Shown piece after piece: positions 55,933-64,000 of a DNA stretch of 64,000 bases; positions within the stretch are counted from its first letter, which is position 1; every line of letters starts with the position of its first letter. The notes beneath the pieces are model-generated. The model saw only the letters and a program-made list of their open reading frames with translations. It was not told where the DNA came from and did not search any database. Source of the DNA: a candidate division WOR-3 bacterium (GTDB lineage Bacteria > Hydrothermota > Hydrothermia > Hydrothermales > JAJRUZ01); assembly GCA_039804025.1 (NCBI GenBank), contig JBDRZP010000005.1:28273-92272 (forward strand), given 5' to 3'. The translations under genes were made by a program, and so were the position numbers.

Positions 55933-57183
55933 ATGATAATTTACGATAGAGAAATATACGAACTTATAAAAAGGGAAATAAGAAGGCAGGAAGAAAATAT
56001 AATCCTTATTGCTTCGGAAAATTATGCCTCTTACAATGTTTTGAGAGTAATGGGAACTCCACTTTCAAATAAGTACGCAGAGGGTTATCCCTTTAAAAGG
56101 TATTATGGTGGTTGTGAAGTAGTTGATGAGATTGAACAGATTGCTATTGATAGATTAAAAAGACTTTTTAATGCAGAACATGCAAATGTTCAACCCCATT
56201 CAGGAACCCAGGCTAATTTGGCAGTATATCTTGCTCTTTTGAATACCGGAGATACAATTCTATCAATGAAACTTCCCCATGGGGGTCATTTATCCCACGG
56301 ACATAAGGTAAATGCGGCAGGAAAATATTACAGGGTTATCCAGTATGGTGTGAGAAAGGATACTGAAACAATAGATTTTGATGAGGTGAGGGATTTAGCA
56401 AAAAAAGAAAAACCTAAAATTATTGTTTGCGGATATTCGGCTTATCCCAGGAAAATTGATTTTAAAACCTTTAGAGAAATTGCAGATGAGGTTGGAGCGT
56501 ATCTGCTTGCTGATATAGCCCATATTACGGGTTTAATAGCAGCAGGATTTCATGAAAATCCCTTTCCATATGCCCATGTAGTTACAGGGACAACCCATAA
56601 AACTTTAAGGGGACCAAGAGGTGGTTTTATACTATCAAAAAAAGAACTTGCAGAGAAAATTGATAAGGCAGTTTTTCCGGGAACACAAGGGGGTCCCCTT
56701 GAGCATGTAATAGCAGCAAAAGCTGTTTGTTTCAAAGAGGCAAGCACTCCTGAATTTAGAGAATACATAAAAAATGTATTAGAAAATTCAAGGAAACTTG
56801 CTTTTTCTTTAAAGGAAAGAGGTTTAAGGATTGTATCAGATGGAACTGATACTCATTTATCCTTAATTGATTTAAGACCACTTGGAATTACAGGAAAAGA
56901 GGCAGAAGATTTACTCAATATTGCAGGTATTGTTGTTAATAAAAATACAATACCTTTTGACGAAAAACCCCCAACAGTTACAAGTGGTATAAGAATTGGT
57001 TCCCCCTGTGTTACAACAAGGGGAATGAGGGAAAAGGAGATGGAATTGATTGCTGATATGATTTATGAGGTCATAAGTTCTAAAAGTGAAGAAAAGGCAA
57101 AGAAAATAAGAGAAAAAGTAAAAGAATTGACAAAGAATTTTCCTGTTTATGGAAATGTTTTTGATAATATTTTAAGTGAATAA
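55933..57183 (+). CDS. glyA: Serine hydroxymethyltransferase
   Basis: [57 protein letters not shown]. Confidence 0.98.
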   Translation: MIIYDREIYELIKREIRRQEENIILIASENYASYNVLRVMGTPLSNKYAEGYPFKRYYGGCEVVDEIEQIAIDRLKRLFNAEHANVQPHSGTQANLAVYLALLNTGDTILSMKLPHGGHLSHGHKVNAAGKYYRVIQYGVRKDTETIDFDEVRDLAKKEKPKIIVCGYSAYPRKIDFKTFREIADEVGAYLLADIAHITGLIAAGFHENPFPYAHVVTGTTHKTLRGPRGGFILSKKELAEKIDKAVFPGTQGGPLEHVIAAKAVCFKEASTPEFREYIKNVLENSRKLAFSLKERGLRIVSDGTDTHLSLIDLRPLGITGKEAEDLLNIAGIVVNKNTIPFDEKPPTVTSGIRIGSPCVTTRGMREKEMELIADMIYEVISSKSEEKAKKIREKVKELTKNFPVYGNVFDNILSE

Positions 57184-57652
57184 GATAATTTTTTTATTTT
57201 TTCTTTTATTTTTAAGTTGTGTTTATTCTTTAAGACCACCTTTACCTGAAGGTATAAAGACTATTGGTGTTGAAAATTTTTCAAATTCTTCAGAAAGGTT
57301 AGGTATAGAGGTTTTTGTAACGCAGAGTTTCATTGATGGAATTCTTGAAGATAAGAGAATTCCCCTAAAAGATTTAAATAACTGTGATTTACTTATAAAG
57401 GGAGAAATTACAAGATATTTAAGAACACCTTTTGGAGTTACAATGGGTGGAGAGGTTTTTTCTTACAAGGTGATAATAAAGGCTAAAATTAATTTTTTAA
57501 AAAAAGATGGAATTCAAATTTTTGAAGAAAGAGAATTTCAGGGGGAAAGTGTTTATGATACAAGGGAAAAAACAGAAGAGGAAGCAATTAAAGAAGCAGC
57601 AAAAGACCTTTCCAGAAAAGTTATTCAATATATTTATGCCCAAGCAATTTGA
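57176..57652 (+). CDS. LptE-like LPS-assembly lipoprotein
   Basis: Lipobox FLSC; [11 protein letters not shown]...[11 protein letters not shown]...[16 protein letters not shown]. Confidence 0.75.
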   Translation: MNKIIFLFFLLFLSCVYSLRPPLPEGIKTIGVENFSNSSERLGIEVFVTQSFIDGILEDKRIPLKDLNNCDLLIKGEITRYLRTPFGVTMGGEVFSYKVIIKAKINFLKKDGIQIFEEREFQGESVYDTREKTEEEAIKEAAKDLSRKVIQYIYAQAI

Positions 57653-58955
57653 AATACAAATAGAAAAAATAGTTCAGGAAGGTTATGGAATCTCAAGGGA
57701 TAAAGGGAAGGTAGTTTTTACTCCTTTTGTTTTACCAGGTGAAAAAGTAAAAGTAGAAATTATAGAGGATAAAAAGGATGTTGCTTTTGCTTTTCCGGTT
57801 GAAATAATTGAAAAAAGTGGAGAGAGAATAAAGCCAGAGTGCCCCTATTTTGGAGAATGTGGTGGCTGTCACTTTCAGATGGCAAATTACAATTATCAAT
57901 TAAAAATAAAGGAAGAAGTTGTAAGGGATGCTTTTTATCATAATGCTAAAATTAAGGAAATTCCTCTTGAAAGTGCTATTCCTTCTCCTGAAATTTTCTA
58001 TTATAGAACAAGGGCTCATTTTCCTTTAAAAAGGATAAAGGGTAAAGTTTATGCTGGATTTTATAAAAGGGAAAGTCATTATTTAATATCAATTGAGGAG
58101 TGTCCAATTCAAAAAAAAATAATAATTGATCACATGTTAAAGATAAAGGATATATTGCAGGAGGAGAGGATTACAATTTATGATGAGGTAAAAGATTTTG
58201 GAAGGTTAAGATACCTATCAATAAAAACAAATAAAAATGAAAGTGAGGTTCTTATAACATTTGTAACAAGGAATAGGGGGTTTCCAAAGAGTATTGTAAA
58301 AAGGGTTGAAGAACTTGAAAGAATAACTGGTGTGGTTGAAAATGTAAATCCAAAAAAAGGAAATGTAATTTTAGGTGAAGAGGAAAGAATTCTATCAGGA
58401 AGAAATTATATTTTTGAACATATAGGGGATTTAACTTTCAGAGTTTCTTCCAGGTCTTTTTTTCAAGTTAATCCTTCTATTTTACCTATACTTCTTGAAA
58501 AAATGGAGGAGGAGATAAAAGGCTATAATACTCTTATTGATCTTTACGGAGGTGTTGGTCTTTTTGGTTTTTATTTTTCAAAGTTTTTTAAAAAGGTTTA
58601 TGTTGTTGAAATAAATGATTCTTCAATTAAAGATGCTCTTTACAATCAGAAGATAAATGATTTATTTAATGTGGATATAATTAGGGAGGATGCTGGAAAT
58701 GCTCTTAAAAGTTTAAAGGGTGAAGTTTTAATTTTAGATCCACCGAGAAAGGGAATAGATGAAAGTGTAATAGAGGGTATAGATAGGATAAAACCTGAGA
58801 AGATAATTTATCTTTCTTGTTTTCCCCCTTCAATTGCAAGGGATTCAAAGATTTTAATTTCAAAGGGTTATGCTTTAAAAAGGGTCATTCCCTTTGACTT
58901 TTTTCCCCAGACCTATCATATAGAAATATTATGTGTTTTTGATAAAAAAGATTAA
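57636..58955 (+). CDS. rlmD: RNA (uracil-C5)-methyltransferase, RlmD/TrmA family (TRAM and Fe-S)
   Basis: TRAM (GYGISR..GKVVF.PFVLPGE), CPYFGECGGC, SFFQVN, DLYGGVG, LDPPRKG, YLSC, DFFPQTYHIE; start ATG 57636. Exact RNA target not determined. Confidence 0.88.
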   Translation: MPKQFEIQIEKIVQEGYGISRDKGKVVFTPFVLPGEKVKVEIIEDKKDVAFAFPVEIIEKSGERIKPECPYFGECGGCHFQMANYNYQLKIKEEVVRDAFYHNAKIKEIPLESAIPSPEIFYYRTRAHFPLKRIKGKVYAGFYKRESHYLISIEECPIQKKIIIDHMLKIKDILQEERITIYDEVKDFGRLRYLSIKTNKNESEVLITFVTRNRGFPKSIVKRVEELERITGVVENVNPKKGNVILGEEERILSGRNYIFEHIGDLTFRVSSRSFFQVNPSILPILLEKMEEEIKGYNTLIDLYGGVGLFGFYFSKFFKKVYVVEINDSSIKDALYNQKINDLFNVDIIREDAGNALKSLKGEVLILDPPRKGIDESVIEGIDRIKPEKIIYLSCFPPSIARDSKILISKGYALKRVIPFDFFPQTYHIEILCVFDKKD

Positions 58956-58961
58956 AATTTT

Positions 58962-59429
58962 TTAAAAACAATCCCTTATTTCTTCTTCATAATAAAATTT
59001 AATTTTCTTTTTTGATTTTTTTAAAAGAACAATATGATAGGGTTGTGTGAAAGCCATTGTTACTATACAGTTTTTACCAGGTGATATTTCTTTAACATAT
59101 ACTGAGATTTCTTTATCACTTTCAACAATTTTTTTTATTTCAATAGAAAAACCACCTGTTGGTTTTTCTCCCATAAAGGTGCAGATTAACATATATTTAT
59201 CAAAGTCAATTTCAGGGGGCTCAGGTAGAGGAAGGAGTATTTTTGTGTGATTTTTCCACATTTCAATAAATTCCTTTTTATTTTTTATTACAATTTCCTT
59301 TTTCTCTTTTATTCCTGAATAAAACCCTTTTTCAAAAGTTTCAAATTCTAATTCCCCTTTCGTATTTTTTCTTGTATTTAAACAAAAATTAAAAAAAATT
59401 AAAAAAGAAAGTAAAATTAAAAATCTCAT
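58962..59429 (-). CDS. PrcB C-terminal domain lipoprotein (protease complex subunit family)
   Basis: Lipobox-like FNFC; PEIDFDK, FMGEKPTGGFSIEI, VTMAFTQPYHIV. Confidence 0.8.
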   Translation of the reverse strand: MRFLILLSFLIFFNFCLNTRKNTKGELEFETFEKGFYSGIKEKKEIVIKNKKEFIEMWKNHTKILLPLPEPPEIDFDKYMLICTFMGEKPTGGFSIEIKKIVESDKEISVYVKEISPGKNCIVTMAFTQPYHIVLLKKSKKKIKFYYEEEIRDCF

Positions 59430-59484
59430 AGAAAAATATAAGATAAGTTTTTTTCAAAAGTAAATTATATCTTATAATTTTTTT

Positions 59485-60651
59485 ATGTTTGGTGAACTTG
59501 TTAGTTTATTGGAAACAGAGGAACAAAAGATTTTGAGGGAAACAGTTAGAAAGTTTGTTAAGGAAAAAATTGCTCCCCTTGCCTCAGAGATTGATGAGAA
59601 AGATGAGTTTCCTTCTCAAATTTTTAAAGAGATGGCAGAACTTGGTTTTACCGGAATTCTTATACCAGAAGAATACGGAGGTTTTGGAGAGGATATTTTA
59701 TCAGCTTGTATTGTGCTTGAGGAAATTTCAAGAGAAAGTCCATCAATAGCACTTTCACTTCTTGCCCATTCTGTGTTATGTGCTCATCCTATAACAAGGT
59801 TTGGGACAAAAGAACAGAAGGAAAAATACTTACCAAAACTTGCAAAGGGTGAGTTAATAGGTGCTCTTGCAATTACAGAACCTGATGCAGGATCTGACAC
59901 CTATTCTATCAAGACTACAGCAAAGGAGGAAAAAGAAGGGTTTATTATAAATGGTAGTAAGATCTTTATAACAAATGGTTCAATTGCTGATATCATAATA
60001 GTTTATGCAAAAACTTCCCCTGAAAAAGAAAAATTAGGAATATCAAGTTTCATTTTTGAAACAAATTGTAAAGGTTTTTCAGTGAGTAAAAAATTTGAGA
60101 AAATGGGAATGAGGGGTTCTCCAACTGCTTCTTTATTCTTTGATAATGCTTTCTGTCCTAAGGAAAATCTTCTTGGAGAGAAAGATAAAGGCTTTAATAT
60201 ACTTGTAAAATGCTTTGAGGTGGAAAGAATTACAATTTCAGCAATTTCTCTTGGTATAGCTCTTTCATCCCTTGAATGGCAGATTAAATATTCAAAGGAA
60301 AGGAAGCAATTTTCTAAACCAATCTATGAATTTCAGATGGTTTCCGAAAAGATCGCGGAAAATGCGGCTCTCCTTGAGGTTTTAAGAACTTATATTTATT
60401 TTCTTGCTAAAAATTATGATATTAGGAAGGATAATAGAGTTGAAAGTGCTACTTCAAAACTTCTTGCGGGGAAACTGGGTGTTAAGGCTTCTCTTGATGC
60501 AATTCAGATTCTTGGAGGTTATGGTTATACAAAGGAGTATCCTGTGGAAAGATTTCTAAGAGACGCAAAGCTTATGGAGATAGGTGCGGGAACTTCTGAA
60601 ATTATGAAATTTATAATTTCCAATGTGTTAATTGAGAAATATCCTGTTTGA
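59485..60651 (+). CDS. Acyl-CoA dehydrogenase (isovaleryl/butyryl-CoA type)
   Basis: PEEYGG, ALAITEPDAGSD, NGSKIFITNG, KMGMRGSPT, RKQFSKPIYEFQ, LGGYGY..EYPVERFLRDAK..EIGAGTSEI. Confidence 0.95.
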   Translation: MFGELVSLLETEEQKILRETVRKFVKEKIAPLASEIDEKDEFPSQIFKEMAELGFTGILIPEEYGGFGEDILSACIVLEEISRESPSIALSLLAHSVLCAHPITRFGTKEQKEKYLPKLAKGELIGALAITEPDAGSDTYSIKTTAKEEKEGFIINGSKIFITNGSIADIIIVYAKTSPEKEKLGISSFIFETNCKGFSVSKKFEKMGMRGSPTASLFFDNAFCPKENLLGEKDKGFNILVKCFEVERITISAISLGIALSSLEWQIKYSKERKQFSKPIYEFQMVSEKIAENAALLEVLRTYIYFLAKNYDIRKDNRVESATSKLLAGKLGVKASLDAIQILGGYGYTKEYPVERFLRDAKLMEIGAGTSEIMKFIISNVLIEKYPV

Positions 60652-60664
60652 AGTTATAATTTAT

Positions 60665-60690
60665 TATAATTTTTATAAGGTTCAAATCCT
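60665..60690 (+). promoter_or_regulatory. -10 box followed by a T-loop-like leader hairpin (AGG-TTCAAAT-CCT)
   Basis: TATAAT 60665-60670, 6 nt, AAGGTTCAAATCCT 60677-60690 (stem extendable with one bulge), 19 AT-rich nt, ATG 60710; no SD. Confidence 0.65.
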
Positions 60691-60709
60691 ATAGAATTTT
60701 TAAAATATT

Positions 60710-63700
60710 ATGTGTAAAAAGATCTTTCTAATACTTTTCCCTATCTTGCTTTTTGCTTTAAAAGAGGTAAAGGATGAGTATTCAGTTTACAGGAAAAATT
60801 ACCATCCTTCCCCTAAGTTGATAAAAAGTGGAGACTTTTTCTATGATGTTGAAACAGGAAAACCTTTAACAGGTTTTAATTTAAAAGAAGGTCCTTACAC
60901 TGGTTCAATTGAAGAAAAAGCAAGGAAATTTATAGGTGATTTTCAGAATAAACTAATGTTAGATTCTAAAGCAGAACTAAGGGTTTTTGATTTAAAAAAT
61001 GGTCTTAAAGATTTAACCCATATAAGATTCAGAGAATATTATAAAGGAATTCCTGTTTTTGGTTCAGAACTTGTTATTACCTTTAAAGGTAATTATGTTA
61101 CTTCCTATTCCTCAAGACTATTTGACATAAAGAGGGATATAGATGTGGAACCTCTTATTTCAAAGGAAATGGCTTATGAAATTGCAAAGAACTTTTTACC
61201 TATAAAGGGTAAAATCCATAAGTATATTGAGCCGGAACTTGTTATATACCCTTACAGGGATTTTAAACTTTCCTATAGAATTTTGATTCCATCTTCTGAT
61301 CCTATAGGAGATTGGGAATTTTTTGTTGATGCTAAAAGTGGTGAAGTGTTATTTGTAAGGGACCAGGCTAAATATTTTGACGGACAGGGTTATTCTTTTA
61401 ATCCAGACCCATTAACCACTGCTCACAGGATTTATAATCAGAATAGCTACTGGGCAGATAACAATGATGCTGATAATGATTCTCTTAACGGACAGAGATT
61501 TTTAGTTCCTCTTTTAGGTTTAACAGATTCATCTGGATGGAAACTTTTGAAAGGTCCTCATGCCTATCTAATTGACTGGGATGCTCCTTCTGTTCCTGTT
61601 GTAAAGACGCAAAACGGTTTGTTTTATTATACAAGGAGCCAATCAGGTTTTGAAGATGTAATGGTTTATTACGGAATAGATATTATTCAGAGGTATATTC
61701 AGTCTCTTGGTTTTAACAATGTGAATAATGAGCCACAGGATGTTGATCCACATGGTGTGAATGGTCAAGATAATTCTTATTATGTTCCATCAACAGATAG
61801 AATTGCCTATGGAGAAGGTGGTGTGGATGATGCAGAGGATATGGATGTTATACTTCATGAGTATGGACATGCAATACAGGATGCTCAGGTTCCTGGATGG
61901 GGTGCTTCAAGTGAAGCTGATGCAATGGGTGAGGGTTTTGGTGATTATTTAGCAGCGAGTTATTCAATAGTTATTGATACTTTTAAATGGGCATGGGTAT
62001 TTAACTGGGATGGACACAATCCCTTCTGGCCTGGAAGGTCAGTTAATATGGATAATTATCATTATCCAGAGGATGCTCCACCTAACAGAGAGATACATGA
62101 TGCAGGGCAGCTCTGGTCTTCTGCTCTTTTTGATGTTATGTGGGCTCTTTTCAATATGTATAATTCAATGGATAGTGCGAGGAAAATACTTGATAAACTT
62201 GTTATTCAGCATCACTTTTATTTAACAGCATCTGCAACAATGCCAGAAGCAGCACAGGCAATTTTACAGGCTGATAACGATATAAATAATAGAAAACACT
62301 GGTCTATTATAATACCTATTTTTGATGCAAGAGGCTTTATAGATGCTTCTCAATACTTACCACAGATAACCCATACACCTTTACCTGATAATGAGAATGT
62401 TTTTGGTCCATATACAGTTCTTGCTAAGGTTATTCCATCTACCGCACCTATAGATTCAGTTTTTGTTTATTACTGGACAAGTTTATTACCACAGGATACA
62501 GTTAAACTTATTATGCAACCAACGGGAAATCCTGATGAATACAGTGCAAATATTCCTGGCCCAGGGCAGGATGCGGATATAAATTATTACATTTATGCAA
62601 GGGACCAAAATGGAAATTTCAATACCCATCCACAGGGAGCTCCTTTAAATTACCATTCTTTCCATGTTGGAGAAGATACTGTAAAGCCTGTTATAGTCCA
62701 TACACCAGTTAGAACACAGTATCCTATTTCAAGGTGGCCAGCAAAGGTAAGAGCAACTATTACTGATAATCTCGGTGTTGATACTGCATATGTTGAGTGG
62801 GTTTATAATGGGAATATAGAGGCCCCTTTTGGTTTAACTAATATGGGTAATAATATATATGAGGCAAATTTTCCGCTACCTTCAGTAAATATAGGTGATA
62901 CAATTAAATATAGAATAGTTGCGGTTGATGCTTCCTCAACACCTGATACGGCTAAAAATCCAGTTTCAGGTTATCATAAATTTTACATTGTTGAATCAAG
63001 GGGAATTGTGCTTGTTTTAAATGATGATTCAGGAGATAGAAAATGGGGAGCAAAACTTTTTAAAAATGATGATTGGTTAAGTTTTGTTGATTATAAAAAA
63101 GCAGGTGAAAGTGCTGATTCTATAGCTTCCTGGTTGAGTTCTATAGGATTTGATGTAACAAAAGAGAATATATGGCAGACAGATACTTTGACATGGAATA
63201 ATTATGATGTTTTAATCCTTTCATCAGGTCTTGATGTAGTTACAGTTGCACAGGATAATGTTTATGGACCTAAAATGAGAAGTGCTTTAAAAAATTTTGT
63301 TTCAAGAGGAGGTAAACTTCTTGTGGAAGGAGGTGAGATAGGTTTTGATGCACAAGTATGGAATCCAGATTTTGGAACTCAGGTATTACATATAAATGAC
63401 TGGGATTCTGATTATCCTGGAAATCTTAATCTCTATTTACCTAATCATCCAATAGCCAATTCCCCCAATACTTTGCCTTCTCAGATTGTTGGTAATTTCA
63501 GCGGGCAGTGGGGAGTAGCTGATGCCCTTAAACTTGAGTTTGATGCCTATTTTGTTTATAACTGGACAAGTTATCAGAATGATGGTGGTATTATTGTTCA
63601 TGATACGAATCAAGGGGAACCGAATGTTGTATTTATGTCAATAAATATACTTTCTATTTCTGATAGAACTGTTGCAAAAGCTCTCCTTGAGAACTGTGTA

Positions 63701-63994
63701 GAGTATCTACTTGGGCCCGTTGATATAAAGGAAACTCAAAAACCTTTAAAGTTTTCCTTTGATATTAAGAAAATTGGAAGGGATATAAAAATTAATTTTA
63801 CTCTTGATGAATCACAGAGAGTGGAGATAAAGGTTTTTGATGTAACAGGAAGAAAAAATTATGGTTATTCAAAAATGCTTAAAAGAGGCACATACACTCA
63901 TTCCATAATTAACTTAAAACCAGGAATTTATTTTGTATCTTTTAAAACTGATAAAAATTTAAGGGAGATAAAAAAAGCTGTAATATTAAAGTAA
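60710..63994 (+). CDS. Secreted M36/M4-type zinc metallopeptidase with accessory domains and a T9SS-like tail
   Basis: Signal peptide; FTP propeptide (HIRFREYYKGIPVFG) and PepSY (WEFFVDAKSGEV); HEYGH, MGEGFGDY, EIHDAGQLWS; tail KPGIYFVSFK....KKAVILK. Confidence 0.9.
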   Translation: MCKKIFLILFPILLFALKEVKDEYSVYRKNYHPSPKLIKSGDFFYDVETGKPLTGFNLKEGPYTGSIEEKARKFIGDFQNKLMLDSKAELRVFDLKNGLKDLTHIRFREYYKGIPVFGSELVITFKGNYVTSYSSRLFDIKRDIDVEPLISKEMAYEIAKNFLPIKGKIHKYIEPELVIYPYRDFKLSYRILIPSSDPIGDWEFFVDAKSGEVLFVRDQAKYFDGQGYSFNPDPLTTAHRIYNQNSYWADNNDADNDSLNGQRFLVPLLGLTDSSGWKLLKGPHAYLIDWDAPSVPVVKTQNGLFYYTRSQSGFEDVMVYYGIDIIQRYIQSLGFNNVNNEPQDVDPHGVNGQDNSYYVPSTDRIAYGEGGVDDAEDMDVILHEYGHAIQDAQVPGWGASSEADAMGEGFGDYLAASYSIVIDTFKWAWVFNWDGHNPFWPGRSVNMDNYHYPEDAPPNREIHDAGQLWSSALFDVMWALFNMYNSMDSARKILDKLVIQHHFYLTASATMPEAAQAILQADNDINNRKHWSIIIPIFDARGFIDASQYLPQITHTPLPDNENVFGPYTVLAKVIPSTAPIDSVFVYYWTSLLPQDTVKLIMQPTGNPDEYSANIPGPGQDADINYYIYARDQNGNFNTHPQGAPLNYHSFHVGEDTVKPVIVHTPVRTQYPISRWPAKVRATITDNLGVDTAYVEWVYNGNIEAPFGLTNMGNNIYEANFPLPSVNIGDTIKYRIVAVDASSTPDTAKNPVSGYHKFYIVESRGIVLVLNDDSGDRKWGAKLFKNDDWLSFVDYKKAGESADSIASWLSSIGFDVTKENIWQTDTLTWNNYDVLILSSGLDVVTVAQDNVYGPKMRSALKNFVSRGGKLLVEGGEIGFDAQVWNPDFGTQVLHINDWDSDYPGNLNLYLPNHPIANSPNTLPSQIVGNFSGQWGVADALKLEFDAYFVYNWTSYQNDGGIIVHDTNQGEPNVVFMSINILSISDRTVAKALLENCVEYLLGPVDIKETQKPLKFSFDIKKIGRDIKINFTLDESQRVEIKVFDVTGRKNYGYSKMLKRGTYTHSIINLKPGIYFVSFKTDKNLREIKKAVILK

Positions 63995-64000
63995 ATAAAA

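Overview
Very gene-dense, strongly AT-rich (roughly 28-30% GC by eye) bacterial chromosome segment. It has about 57 CDSs and one tRNA. I found no CRISPR array, rRNA, prophage or transposase. The gene set includes LPS export/Kdo genes, secreted proteins with T9SS-like C-terminal tails, a four-gene 2-oxoacid oxidoreductase and several archaeal-type enzymes. This suggests an anaerobic, probably thermophilic diderm of the FCB-related candidate phyla (WOR-3-like); the taxonomy is inference only. Most content is housekeeping: secDF, ruvB, pcrA, glyA, gcvT, purF, kdsB, lysine synthesis and MurNAc recycling. The most notable signals are non-coding. (1) A tRNA T-arm-like hairpin (GG-T-N-C-N-A-N-T-CC) recurs in sense orientation in five separate 5' leaders, downstream of -10 boxes, and lies 20-21 nt from the start codon in the three leaders that lack a Shine-Dalgarno site. 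(2) A ~330-bp element containing an inverted pair of GTAG-type REP hairpins is duplicated in front of two exported-protein genes, with one REP cleanly deleted in the second copy. (3) A 27-bp motif from that element recurs upstream of a third exported-protein gene. Coding oddities include a PorD subunit split by a GltD-like flavoprotein module, a partial chemosensory set (CheD, CheB, heme-c MCP) beside TPR, Roadblock and DUF4388 genes, a single-blade SBBP protein, and an amgK gene with no canonical start at the expected position.
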